DNA of 63,639 bases, filler included, from Welwitschia mirabilis (GCA_051453625.1; 4 parts of one record of this genome joined end to end with filler, not necessarily neighbours in it); one strand, 5' to 3'. Shown: positions 40,575 to 54,213, numbered from the whole stretch's first letter. Program-made: numbers and translations. The notes: generated by a model from the letters alone, not told the origin.

Positions 40575-43299
40575 TAAGAAAGATATAGAGAGAATTTTTA
40601 AGAAAAATCCCCACTTGATTTTATTACCAATTGCATTTCAAATACATCCACTTATAAACAAAAATCACTTAAAGTAGGAAACATATTTTAATGACAAGGA
40701 GAACTTTGGCACAAGCAGATGGACCCCTTATTCAAGATTCTCCAATATCACAAGCTACTTCAATGCAAAAAAGATGAAGAAATAAGATGCCTAAGTGGTA
40801 TTTATAGGTTTCAAGTGGTAGTTATAATAATAGTTTCATAATGGATTGAGTTGTAATTTCAATAATAATTAGGTAATGGATTCATTAGTAGTTATAATAA
40901 TAATTTGGTAACAAATTGATTGGTAGTTATAATTACTAAATGAAGGAAACAAAAGTAAGGTAGTTATAATAATAATTTAATAATAGATAAAATTATTATT
41001 CGTTATTTACAAATCATTATTAATTATAAGATTAAGTTTAAGTTTTGAACAACCCTCATTTTAATCATTAAATTAAGTTTATCTCTCTATGCATTAACAA
41101 TGTTCCTAAGGCATTTACAATGATTATGTCGACTCTAATAATCATCGCAGAGGTGTTGGCTTGAGAGCTTTCCATGTTGTTTAACCTTGTTAGTATATCA
41201 TCACTTGTCTATTAAAGATCTATCAATGTATTGATGATGGATCATACTCAAAAAAATCCAAAACAGATTAGAAATGCTGCAAAACTATGTCTTTTTTATT
41301 ATTGATGATAGTGAGCTAATGTTTTCTATAATTTTATTAGAACCTATTAAATGAGCTTAAAGCATACTCCATAAATGATGTTAAATATGGCCAATTTGGC
41401 CTCATGGAAGAGTCCTCCACTTTGCATTTATTAGTCCTAAAGAAAGTAAGCAAATATTAAACAGCAAGTCAAATTAACAAGGTAAATTATAGATTAAGCA
41501 TTAAAACTAAATTTTACTAGTTTACCATGTAGGTCATTAGCTCAAGCTAAGTGAAGGATCTATTCAATAGTTAATACGTAGTTAGAGGGGCCTTTTCCCT
41601 GATATCTAAATGATCAGGTTAGTAATGCTTTTATATGTTAATTTTTGAAAGGCCTCTAATTTTTAACCCATTTGAATCATAGCTTAATTGTATTTGTACA
41701 TAACCTCCCTATGGATCCTATTGAAATGACCATTAAAAAGAAAAAAAAGCATTAAATGATGGTTATGTTTCCTATATTATCCCTTTCACTACATGTTTCT
41801 TAAGGATGTGATAATGGAAGAACAAAGTGCTAAGTGAGTGTTTCAATCATATACACTATAATCAAAATGTCATTATTGCAAATTATTTTTACAAACCTAA
41901 TAGATGTTTTGGCTTTGTTTTTTTTTTTTTGCTTAATATACCAAGATATTTTAAAAGTTTAAAGCCCTAAAGTACTTAAATAATATTGAAATGTATGCCA
42001 TGGAGCCTAATAAATTAACATCCTATTCTCACTTTGCATAGACATTTGCATTCATATGAAAGTANNNNNNNNNNAGAGATGGTTTAAAATGTAAAATCTT
42101 TTGAAAAAGTGCTTGAAAGATATTTGTCCTAAACCTATATTCTTCTTCTCATCTTCTTCTTTTTTTGTGGTTTTTGGAACAACAATCCTTTCTAAATATT
42201 TTCCATTTTTATTACAATTAACTAAACTCAATTTATAAGAAAGGTGCACATATGCTATCTCACTTGAAATAAGGAATTTACGTGAATACATTTTCATAAG
42301 GAAGAGAAATATTTTAAAGATCTATAACATTTAAAATAACAAAGAGTAACATACACCGAAACTTGAAAAGAAAAATATAAAACCATTAAAGACAAATTTT
42401 TATCTTGAAAAATTAAGATTTAACATCATAATAATTATATTTTTTGAGTTTATCTAAATTTAATGCAGTTCGTATTTCTAGAGAAAATTGAATCTAAAAT
42501 TTTATAAATAAAAATGAAATATCATTCATGGCTAGAGAATAATGAAAATGGAGATATTAGAGTATATTAAAATAAGATTTGTTTTTTTAAATTAAATGAT
42601 AATGGATTTTGAATTGTAAAGCAAGATTCTAAATAGATTAAGCCTTTAGAATAGAATTACAATTCTCTAGTTAATGGCATCCTGAGTTAATAATCCTACT
42701 CTATTGGGTATCATCTACCTTTTGTGCTCTCCCTATTTTACATTTCTCGGATGTTTAGCTTTTATGTTAGCATTTTAACCTGAGACCTCTACTTTCTTGA
42801 CTTTCCTCTCAATGATTCCCTACATTGAAAGTGCTACACATAAGTTTCTATGAATTTATTAAAGAAACTTCAATAAATCAAGCCCATCATAATTGCCATT
42901 TTTCACAGTGTGCTGTAAAAGATGATGGCATACTCTATGTAAATAGTAAGAAACCATACATAGAAGGGAATCATAGAGGTGTTGAGGATGAAAGTAATCC
43001 TATATGAAGTCCCTTAAGCCAATGAAGATATTCAACATATCTAAGACTAGGTCAAAATGAATTTATAGCAAGTGTTTGAAGGCCAACATTATGATGTCCT
43101 TACTGCTGTTATGCATTTAACTACTTTGCCATTTATCATCACAAAATTTGATGAATTCAAGCATATAAATAAACTAAATTTAATGAAGACTATTTGTTGA
43201 AGCTTTTATCTTGCTTTGTTTAATTAGAAACATACTACTTACCTACATAGTGGTTATTTTAGGATTAAGAAGAGACCAATGAAAAATTAAAATCTTGAA

Positions 43300-44998
43300 G
43301 GGTAGATGATAGAGTGGTGAAAATAAAGTGGCAAATGAGACTGAGAGAAATATAACAAGATGAATAAATATTGGGGAAAAAGTGGAGAGATTGGGGAAAT
43401 AATGAGATGTTTTAGAAGGAGGGATAACTATTTGATAGAAATGGAACATTAGGGGTGAGGGGGGCAATTAATAATAAATAAAATTAAGGTGTGGGGTGAT
43501 GAGTAAATGATCAAATAACTACATGGATGAGGGAAAAATAATGATATAGATGGGATAGGAATAGAATAAATCTATGAAATAAGGGTGGGTATAATGGAAA
43601 TGGATTGTGTAACTTAATAAAGAGATGGATAAAAAGGGAAATATAAAATTTTTATATTACCGTCATTAAAGATATAAGATTTAGTCATGATGTGGTGAAA
43701 TCGTAAACCACACATCTCAATCATATGATGATGGAAATGTATACATGACCTACTAAAGAATACATGTTAGATTCCAAAAACCTAGAGTACTAAGGCTAAC
43801 ATGTGTAATATAACTTAGAAGTATGCCATTAAATTTTTTAAAAAATAGGTATTAAAGTAAAATATTTCATAAAGTAAATATTTTATCAAAAATTCTTTCT
43901 CAAAAAAAAAACACTTCTCTCCCTTAATAAATGAATCAATTCATCCTAATTTGCATGAAAATAAGGGATAAAAGTAGCTTGTAATGCTAATAAATAGATC
44001 CATTTGTAGCACATGAGAAAGGGACATATAAGAAATAAGTAGATTAGATTAAATGACTTAGAAATATTGTACAGATAGTAGAAAATCCAAAGATGCATCA
44101 CAAATAAGAGGCTAGCTAGAAAAAGGTGCAAGTTGGCTATCACAAAACAAAAATACAAGCAAAAAAGGAAATCACAAAATATAATTAAAAAGGAAAATGA
44201 AAGAAAAACAAGGCAAGATAAGGATGACAATTGGAGTGAGGTGAAAAATGTGATAGATGTGACATTAACAGTCAATAATATGAAGTAAGTATGAAACATA
44301 AAACATTATTAACAACCATGGCATTAACAATATAATGAATAAGAGTGAGTTTAAAAATGACTTTGAAATAACTAATTAAAATACTATTGAAAGACTAAGT
44401 GAAAATGAAAAAAACTAAACATGTAGAATGTTAATGATTGCATCCTAAATTCTAACTTATTAAGATCCATTGGTATGTGTCATAAATCTTCTTGATCTTC
44501 TACATGCATGGTTTAAGGCTAAATAACATCTAATGATAACTTTATAAAGCATCAATGTAATCTTAGGACCATCATTTTATTAAATTAATAGCTATGAAAG
44601 TTAAATAAAATAATCTAGTTTACCATCCAATAACTAATATGTTGTAAGTACTCACAAAGGCATGGCTCTAGGGTTATAAAAATTAAAATCAATGAGGTGT
44701 TGAAAAACATCATTCATCATGAGAAGGAAAATGCAACAACTACTAAAAAAGTAAGGGCTAAAAAGAAGAAGCTAGATCATAGCTAATTTACCCGCTAGTG
44801 AAGTTTCTATAAGTACCATATTACCTTGGCAAAGGCCCCTCTTGGGAAAATTTACTCAAGTACACTTTTAGTAGGACATCATGGAATTAGAAGATACATC
44901 AATTTTATCTTTTCACCCTCTTCCTACACCATCCCTCCACTTTTTTTCTTTCTTTCTTTCCTTTTTTTTTATTAACATTAATTGATCATTAGAATGGT
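43300..44998 (+). mobile_element. Dispersed repeat with a decayed PMD/Mutator-associated-like ORF, copy 2
   Basis: Inverted homolog of 21865-22870; similarity is clearest at 44690-44998. Confidence 0.5.
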
Positions 44999-47900
44999 AA
45001 GCTGATAAAGAACATACATAAACAGAAGCACATAATTTAACATAAGTGATATTACAAAAACATAACATAAACATTTTCCTTTTAATAAAAATTTCATAGA
45101 GATGGGAATATCATAAGAGTATCTAAAATCCAAATCTATCACCTAAAATGCACAAAGTAAAACTACTTACATGAAAAATCAAATGGAATTTAGCATAAAA
45201 TAAACTAAAAATATGATCTAGTAGTCAAATAATCAAATCAATAAATCTGACTAACAAATCATTTAAATAATGGTAAAGGCAAGACCCTCTTCATGATTAA
45301 GATAATCCTCTAAGTTAAGTTCTTCTATCATATTCATGACATGATAACAATCACAAGGTGATTGATATAATTTTAACCATCATCCATTAACCTTTGTTTT
45401 TACATTAGAGTTTAATTCAGAAGTCTTATCTAATTTATTATGACATACTTTCTTAAGAAAATAAGGAATAAACCATCTAGACATCATTTTTTAAAAATAA
45501 AATAAGGATCAAACCATTTAGAATTTAATTTATAAGACATGAAAAGTATAAGATCTTTTTTTAAAGAGAATGAATTAGTGATCAAAGAGATATTTTGATA
45601 TCACCTTAATTTTACCAATTTTAATAGCCAAATAATACCTTATCAAATTTGTACAAAGTGATGTAAGCATAATTTTTATTCAGTGATTGATTAATGGAAC
45701 TACTCAAAAAGAAAGGATAGATTGAAGAAATATTAGAAAGATTATTAGGATGATTGGCTTGGGCATATCTAATATGATCAAGAAGTTCCCTAAGCTTCAA
45801 CATGAAGCATAGATTTTTATTAATAAGGTTTTTCCTAATTAAAGATTATAAGAAATGATAAAGCCACATTTTTCAAAATTTTATACATAATTAATAGCAC
45901 AAGGTAATGTATTTGAATAATGAATGTTATTTTAATTTTTTACAAGAGGTACAAGTGGAAGAGATAGAAATTTTTTTATGATGCATATAGATTCTTTAAG
46001 TTAGGCTATTCCATTAGATGTAATCAGTCTACTCTCTACTGGATTTTGTTGAATATCCATGGATTCTTCCTTATCCTCCTTAATCTCATTGTTCTCATCA
46101 TTATTTTATTAAATATCATCATTTTTGAAGTTGTTAGATTTCTCACAAAGCTCACAAAGAAAAATGTGATTTTTATGTTCATCATGGGTAGGGAATTTTT
46201 TTTAGATTTTTTTAGAGTTAATATTTATCTATTACATTGATATTTCAAAAGTAAGTAAAAATTTGAAATATAATCTAATATCTTCATATCATCATATAAT
46301 AAACCATCATGCTTATCATTCTTATTAGGGTAGTGAGTTGAAACATTATTGTCTTCATGTTGGCTATCTTCTATAGGGTGGAATATTGAAATTGATCTAA
46401 ACTTTTATTAGATAATTCAACCATTTTTGTTACTATCTTGTATAGTACTTTTAGTGTTCTCTTCATTACTTTCAAGGTTTTCCTCATTGTTATCAAGCTA
46501 AAAGCTAGTAGGCATGGTGGAGTAGCTTGAGAGTGTTGTTCTTTTTCATAAATTTATGTGATAATTCCTACTAATTTCTCTAAGATTTTTTGAATCCATC
46601 ACTTTGAATTGCAAAATAGTTATATAAGGAATTCACTTCTTCTTCATACTCTTCTTCATATTTCTCTATGAGATCAGGTTAGGGGTTTTTAAATATATCA
46701 TTAAATGCCTCTTTAAATGTAGAAGTATATATAAAGCATTAAGCATTATCATCATTTCTACACAAAAATTGAAAAGAGGAAGAGGAATAATTCTAAGTTT
46801 TAACATCATTTTTCTCTAATAGGAGGATTTTGAACTTCCATTTTTTCCCCTACTAGCAAGGATTGCTCTAAGGGTTTTAAAACTTGAAGACATATTTGAA
46901 GAGAATGAAGGATTATTGAAAGAGGATGAGGGAATTTTTAGAAAAGGTAATATATGAGAAAAGGTTACTAAAGAAAAAACATTTCAAGTTATTACAAATA
47001 AATATATCTTGTATAAAATTAACTTATTTTACTCTAGAAATAAATTGATCTTTTTCATCTTAAGTTCTTTAAGTAAGACTAGCTAAATCTTCTTTCATAG
47101 TTTGTTCAAGAAATGATTTTCTCTATCACACTTTACCATCATCATACATAGTCATAACATGTTAAATAAACCTCTTTATATCTTAGTGATGAAAAAACTC
47201 TTATAGATCATATAAATTACAAGAAGGAAGTTATATCAATAGTGGATATGGCACTTACATAAAGTATAGGCCAAGTTTGTTATAAACTAGTAATCCATAA
47301 TTTCACATTTAGGGGACGAAGGAAGGGATCAATAATAAAGATAAAATAGAAATTAAAATTCAAATAAAAATAAAGGAAAGATATATACATATACACACTA
47401 CATAAGTAGAAAAATCTTAAAATCATGTTATTTGTATAATGAGAATCAACCTTTCAATCCTAAATGCTTCTTTGATAGTGGTACCAAAAAGATTATCTCT
47501 CATTTGTTCATCAATGAAATATTTATTTACTTACTAATTAGACCGATAATGTTATCACATTACACACATTCATATAGTGTGTAATCTAAATGTCATAAAC
47601 TAGTGAAGCAAACAAAGGAAGATTGAAAGATTAATTTATTTAAAAGAGGAAGAAGTTATTTTTGGTTTTTTTCAATTAACTAAAAAACTTATATTAATAA
47701 TAAAAATGATGAATTAGATAAATGACATGTAATGAAAATAAAAAACAATATCGAAATGAAATGTAATCTTCTAAATGTAATCAAATAACTAATTCACTAA
47801 CTTGTTATTACTCAAGTTAGTCCTTATCCTCTATATCAATATTATATTCAATCTAGAATAGTATTGATTAATGTTAACATAAAGTATAAGGAGGATATTG

Positions 47901-49467
47901 AGCTCAATGAAGGAACATAACCTAATACCAAGGAGAACTTCTTTCACGATAAGATGGGTTTCTTATCCAAAATGCTCCAATCCACAAGATACTTCAATGT
48001 AAATAAGATGAAGAAATGAGATGCTTAGAAGGTATTTATAGGTTTGGAGTGATGGATACAATAAAAAATTAAGTGGAGTTATGCTCATAGTTTGGTAATG
48101 GATTGAGTGGCAATTACAATAATAATTGTATAATGAATTGATCAAAACTTGTAAAATTAATTTGGTAATGGCTTAATTGGATATTATAATAATAATGTGT
48201 TAGTGGTTTAATTGGTACTTATAATCACTAAATGATGAGAACCAAAGCTACATGATTATAATAATTATTTATTAATAAATGGAATGATTATTTGTTAGTT
48301 ATAACTCATTGTTTATAAATCACTATTCACTAGCATACTAAGTTTGAACTTTAAGAAACCCTTATTTAATCGTCACATTAAGTTTATAGCTCTAGTGCAC
48401 TAAAAACATTTCTAAGAAATCCTTTATGATTGTGTTTACTTTAATAATGGATGTAAAGATGTTGACTTGAGAGTTCATCATGTTGTCAACCTTATCATTA
48501 TCTCATCACTCACCTGCCAAAGATCTATTAATGTAATCATGATAGATGATAATAAAAAAAATCATCCAAAAAGAATTAAAAATAATAGAAAACTATGGTA
48601 TTTTCATTATTTATAATAGTAAGTTAGGTTTTGCTATAATTTTATTAAAGACCTATTGCCACATAGCAAATTTTAAAATATTTTAAAACTTAACCTAAGA
48701 ATTATTTTTATTGTAATAAAGATAAATAAATAATATAATTTAAATTAATGGATTGCATGCTAAAAGATTCATTACAAATGGGAAAATATGTATAGGTAGT
48801 GAAATCTTATATTAATGTTAATTCTTAATATTTTTGCTAAATGTCTTATGTGGATTAGTTAAAATAAACATAATTGTAATTAAACCCCTTTTTCTTAATA
48901 TGATGAAATAGTAACATGCCCTTGACATTTTGATATTTATTTTTCAATGGCTTATTTGAGTTAGCATTAATGATTACTTTGGAATTTGAAAAGATTATAT
49001 TATCATGTGAGTAACTTATTTAATTTTTTCTTATGTTGAAAAATGCCAAAGAACTTGAATCTTATAACTTATGTGAACATCTTTTTCATAATTATTTTTT
49101 ATTGGAAAATAGATATTTGGCATGATAAGAAGTTATTATTATGATGAAATATTAAATGCACCTAGTGCTTAGACAAAGTAATGATTGGGGGTTATGGAAT
49201 CATAACTATACCTTTTTTCAAGATAGTATCTCTTCTAACCTCTTTAAGATAATGTCTCTTCATATCCCTACATCTTCTTAGTATATATAAGATTGTATTC
49301 TCTTTTTATTTGTGTGTTCTTGAAAAATACTCTGTTATCGAATCTTAGCAACTTTGAAATTTGGAGCTTTAAAAACACTAAAGTCTTAGACATTTTAGAG
49401 TCTTGAAATCCTTAAAAGTATTAAAGTTTTTAAAAGATTACAAAGTTTTACATCCAATCTCAAATAT

Positions 49468-49640
49468 TATCCTATTTAATTCTTGCATATTTATATGGTC
49501 TCATGTAAATTTTGCATCTTTGTATGATCATAATCAATAATTGCCTCTTTGTATGGTCCTATTTAAATTTTACATCTTTATATGATCCTAATTAATTCTT
49601 GCATCTCTATATGGTCCTTTATTTTTGCATCTATGTTTTG
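49468..49640. repeat. Degenerate tandem repeat, ~29-bp unit, ~6 copies
   Basis: Recurring ttgcatcttt(g/a)tatg(g/a)tc unit. Confidence 0.8.
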
Positions 49641-49699
49641 TTTCTTATTTTTACATCTTTTTTAAGGCTTAATTTGGTGTTTGCTTCTTAATGAAATAC

Positions 49700-50650
49700 T
49701 GCTTTTTCAATAAAATTATAAAATTTTAAGTTGTATTTCTTATCTATAAGTATTATTTTCTATTGCTTTCTTGATAAATCTTTTAGAAGTTTGAGTGTAA
49801 TTGTGATCCAAAATTTTATTCTTATTGCTTAGTAAGAATTAATGTCTTATTCTTAGCTATGTATATTAATCTTACATCTTCTTATGATATCTTGTAATCT
49901 TCATATATTATAGAAATGAGAATTCCACAGATCATCAAATGAGACAGTGGAATGTGAGAATCAATAGATCGCCAAATGAGGCATTGGGATTGATAGATCC
50001 ATAAAATGCTAAACGAGGCAATGTACTCCATAGATTTCCAAACAGGATAGCACAGTATCAGAATTCACATATCACTACATAAGATAGTGTACACAATAGA
50101 TCATCAAATAAGATAGTGAAGGAAAAGAAAAAAATATGAAAAATTTATTAAAACCCAATTATTCTCATTTCATTTTTCATGATTTTACTACTTAAAATAT
50201 TTATATTATATTGTTTATCTTGTAATTCCTATGACATTTATCTTTTCCATGGATTGACCATACTGAAAGATATGAAGATTTCATGATTTTCACTCCATAT
50301 TCTTATGATGAATAGGTGGAAAAAATAGAGTATCTAAAAATCCAAATTAATTACTAAGGAGGACATGATGGAGTGGAAATCCTTATTTTCTAGTTTATTT
50401 GCGAAACTATGTTTGAAGTGTAAAACTTTAATCTTGTCAAGGATCTTCTATATCTTAGAAATTGTGATTATTTTGTAATCTTGGAATACCTTAATGTAGT
50501 GTATTAAACAAATTTGATGATGTATATCTTTTCTTGAATAATATTTTAATAGAAAATATGAAGTTTGATAATTTGTCCTTATACAATTCTTGCAAATTTC
50601 TTGAAAACTTTTATACTTTAATTATAGAGTGCTAAAATTATACCTTTAAA
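49700..50650 (+). mobile_element. Probable Tekay-type LTR fragment with an internal tandem repeat (49915-50120)
   Basis: Repeated catagatc(g/a)ccaaa(c/t)gaggcagtg-like units; boundaries unclear. Confidence 0.4.
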
Positions 50651-50948
50651 TGTAGATCATTTTACTCACTCATTATAATAATAAATGGAGTATAAATTAT
50701 ATACACATAAAATTATATATATTTTATTCATTCATTAATTAATATATAATAGCAAAATATAAAAATTACTATCTTTCTAAGATAAAATATTTTGATATAC
50801 TTCATAATATAATTCTTAAGGAGGTTTATGAAAAGTTACAAGGGAACAAAAAAAGATTAGCATGTCATTTAAGGGGAAAATGTTCTTTATTTAAATCACC
50901 TTAATAATCACTTAAAAACAAAAAAAGAAATATTTGAAGAGATGAATT

Positions 50949-53031
50949 TGTTGTATTATATTTTATCAATTGATGTCAAACTAATGTTTCTTGTATAGCA
51001 AATTTTGTGTATCTTGTGTAGAAGATGTTAAAATACTTGCAGGTTGAAAGATGAAACCAAAATCATCAACTTCTGAGCACTAGAAAGCTATCAATTCACT
51101 TACCCTCAAGATGGGGTTGACTAGATTTTCATGGGATTGACTACACCTAAAGCAAATAGAAACATAAACTGCATCTAGAGGGGTTGACTGGATTTTTCAT
51201 GTGGTTGATTGAACCTATAACCTTAAGAACCAGTGTTCCTAAACCAAATGGCAAGGGGTTGACTGGCCTTTATGGGATCTACTAGATTTGAGGACCTAAT
51301 AAATAGTATTCTTAGACTAAATGATAAGGGGTCAACCAGACCTATGATGGGGTCAATCAGACCTAGGCAATGTACAAATGATATGCCTAAATCAATCATC
51401 TTGGGGTCAACCAGACACCTAAAAGGATCGATCAGACTCAATATAGGAAAATGGAAAGTAATTTGATCATAGGACTAGATGACTAGATAATTAATGAATA
51501 ACTGGATTGGGGTCAACCAGACCCATATGGGATTGACTAAACAGGGAGCTGTAAGAAATTGGGGTGACCGAATTTCTCATTTAGGTGACCTATGTAACTC
51601 ACAGCACCACATGAGTTTGACCAGATTTTTATGGAGTCGATCAGATGAAATGGGAGTAAAATTTTTATAAATGTTATGAATCAGTTATGTAGCTATTAGT
51701 TAGCTGTTTATAGCCATTGAAAGCGCATTTCAAATGTAATAAACTTAAAAATCCTTTCAATATAAATAACTAAGACATAGATAACTAAAGAATCTTTTAG
51801 AATCATTTTTATTCAGACAAATCTATTAGATCTAAAGGATCAAAAATTACATTTGGATGAATTTCACTATTGTATTTTGGCATCTATATTTTTGACCAAA
51901 GGAGATCTACTATTGGCATCCTCTTTAGATTCAAGATTGGACCAAGAGCTTTATTTATTTTACTTCTATAGGAGAAGAGCTCCATCAATTTTACTGAATC
52001 AATAATGAGTGATATCCATGCTTTGAAGGTATTATTACATCACTACCTTACTTTATAAAAGGTCAAGACTAAGCCTTGAAAATTTTGTATTAAAGGTTAT
52101 AACTAAGTCTTAAAAATTCCATTCTAAAGGTTAAGACTAAGCCTTGAAAAGTTTATTTTAAAGGTTGAAACTAAGCCTTGAAAAGTCTATTCTAAAGGTT
52201 AAGAATAAGTCTTGAAAAGTCTATTTGTAAAGGTTACAAATGAACTTGAAATACTTGGTAGAGTAATAAAGATCCAAGATCTAGCTTAGAAATAAGCTAA
52301 TCATTAAAAGTAGAGCAGGGGATTTTTAAAATCACTATAAGTTCAGCTTGTATCAAATTGGTATTTTTTGTGCTTTTACTTTTTGTTTCTTTACTTCCAT
52401 TATTTTCTCATATTGTGCACATTTTAGATTAGTACATTATTATATATAATTTTTATTTTAGATTAGATTCATTTAGAATATTATATTGAAATTTGTTTTA
52501 AAAACTTAATCAACCCCCATTTCTTGGGTTTTTGATCCTATTATTTAGTATCAGAGCTAAGTTAAGTCTTCTTTAGTTTTTAATAAATATTGATCTTAGA
52601 ACCCTAAAATATGTAATCCATTTGATGTTTTTTCCATTGGTCATCCACCTATGTTTGATGGTTTAAACTATGCTTACTAGAAAGCTAGGATGAGAATATT
52701 TTTTAGCTCCTTAGATGAAGACATAGAGGAAGTCATCTACAAAGGTTACATTGTGCCTATGTTAATCCAAACTAATGTAAATGGTAATAATATCCTAGTT
52801 CCCAAAGACTAAGACCAATGGATCATCACTGACAAGGAAAAAGCCATCATAGATGTCCATGCTCTTAATGGCATATTTCATGTAGTGTGTGCAGATGAAT
52901 TTAAATGCATAATAAACTGTACCTATGCTAAGAAATCTTGGAACATTCTCAAAGTATCACATAAATAAATCTGAACTATAAAATAAGTAAAACTATATAT
53001 GCTTATTTTGAAATTTGAAGATATTTATATG
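50949..53031 (+). mobile_element. Second SIRE copy: 5' LTR 50949-52543, PBS, gag N-terminus; ends at the scaffold spacer
   Basis: LTR homologous to 32807 and 39300; PBS tagtatcagagc 52546-52557; gag HPPMFDGLNYAY*KARMRIF...AKKSWNILKVSH. Confidence 0.9.
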
Positions 53032-53131
53032 NNNNNNNNNNNNNNNNNNNNNNNNNNNNNNNNNNNNNNNNNNNNTTAATTAATTAANNNNNNNNNNNNN
53101 NNNNNNNNNNNNNNNNNNNNNNNNNNNNNNN
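53032..53131. other. Artificial scaffold spacer (44N-TTAATTAATTAA-44N)
   Basis: Identical structure to 21595-21694. Confidence 0.95.
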
Positions 53132-54213
53132 TCCTTGAATGTCAATAGTCATGGAAACTGAGCATTTATCTGTTAGTTTATCTGCAAAACAACTCAAAAT
53201 ACACTATCGAATATACTTAAGTTGGCGGCGCAACAGTGCTATGTGCTATTTTTTGGATTATGATTGATGATAATCTTATAATGACTATCCATGACTTTGT
53301 AAATCCTACATCCTCATATGTACATAGGTATTATTGATGCATGGATTTTACTGATGGGCATGCACTAATACATTTGGGAATGAACTAGTAAGTTTATTAA
53401 CTCATTTGGATAGATTTTTATCTTTGGATCTATCCTTAGGATACAGTGAAACCCAAGAACAATCTTAGTTGGATAGGAGCAAATGAAAAAAAATATGGTT
53501 GAAAACAAAAAGTCTAAAGAAAGAGATTCCAAAAGAGGTTTATTTCAGTTTGTTGAGATGAAGTAGAATATTTTAAGAACTTTATCTTTGTTGTATTTCT
53601 TTCTTTTTCTTTCATTTTTTTAAAAGTACCAAAACAACAGTCGTATAATTTAAAGTAAAAAATGATACAATATAAGAATAAAATCTAAGTAAAAGGGAAA
53701 AGGAAGAAAAAGAACACTTAAGAATATTACTAAATAGAATAAAAGCTCATAGTTGATATGTTGTAATGAATGATTAAGTAAAATATGATAAGGTACATAA
53801 AACATGAATACTATATAGCTTCATAGCATACCAACCTAAGAAAGAGGATAAAGTACCCAATCATTGTCATAACTATCTTGGATTCTATACCACTTGAAGA
53901 AGAACTTTTGACATACATCCTGATTAAGTATCATTCTGTAGGAAATGGCCTCCTTTATAGTCATGGTATATGCTTTATCTCTCTCTATTTTTTATTTGAG
54001 CTTTGTCTACTTGTTGGGAGTCTGTGAAAGTTTTTACTGTGTTTTTATGAAGTTGGGGGATTTCAAATCTTCCATGATAAATAGTAGAGAGTTAGAGAAG
54101 CATTACTTTTCTGTTAATCATTACACCCAAAAACATTGCATCTCCTTAATTCCTAATGTTATTGCATTCCATCTGTTATCTTAATCAAACTCCTTATAAG
54201 GTATGCTTACAAC

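Larger units (their letters stand above)
32430..48658 (-). mobile_element. Non-autonomous Athila-like element: 5' LTR 47505-48658, 3' LTR 32430-41349 (split by SIRE), partial gag and integrase C-terminus
   Basis: 32430-32806 plus 40575-41349 align with 47505-48658; minus-strand PBS tggtaccactatcaaaga at ~47468-47486; integrase tail KVNG*WLKLY at ~45366-45394. No TSD or PPT found. Confidence 0.7.

Noticed and set aside
43946..44299. Hydrophobic 117-aa ORF as a membrane protein
   Set aside because: F/L/I richness follows from the T-rich strand and no motif is present; the same applies to 2683-2991 and 31575-31877 (antisense to copia RT).
48700..48860. Continuation of the 27745-32429 copia RNase H after the Athila-like element
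   Set aside because: Only a weak LNIFAKCL resemblance; it does not resume at the breakpoint and no TSD matches ttagg.
52058..52240. Repeat array resembling CRISPR
   Set aside because: Head-to-tail degenerate units without unique spacers, inside a plant LTR, with no cas genes; the same applies to 49468-50120.
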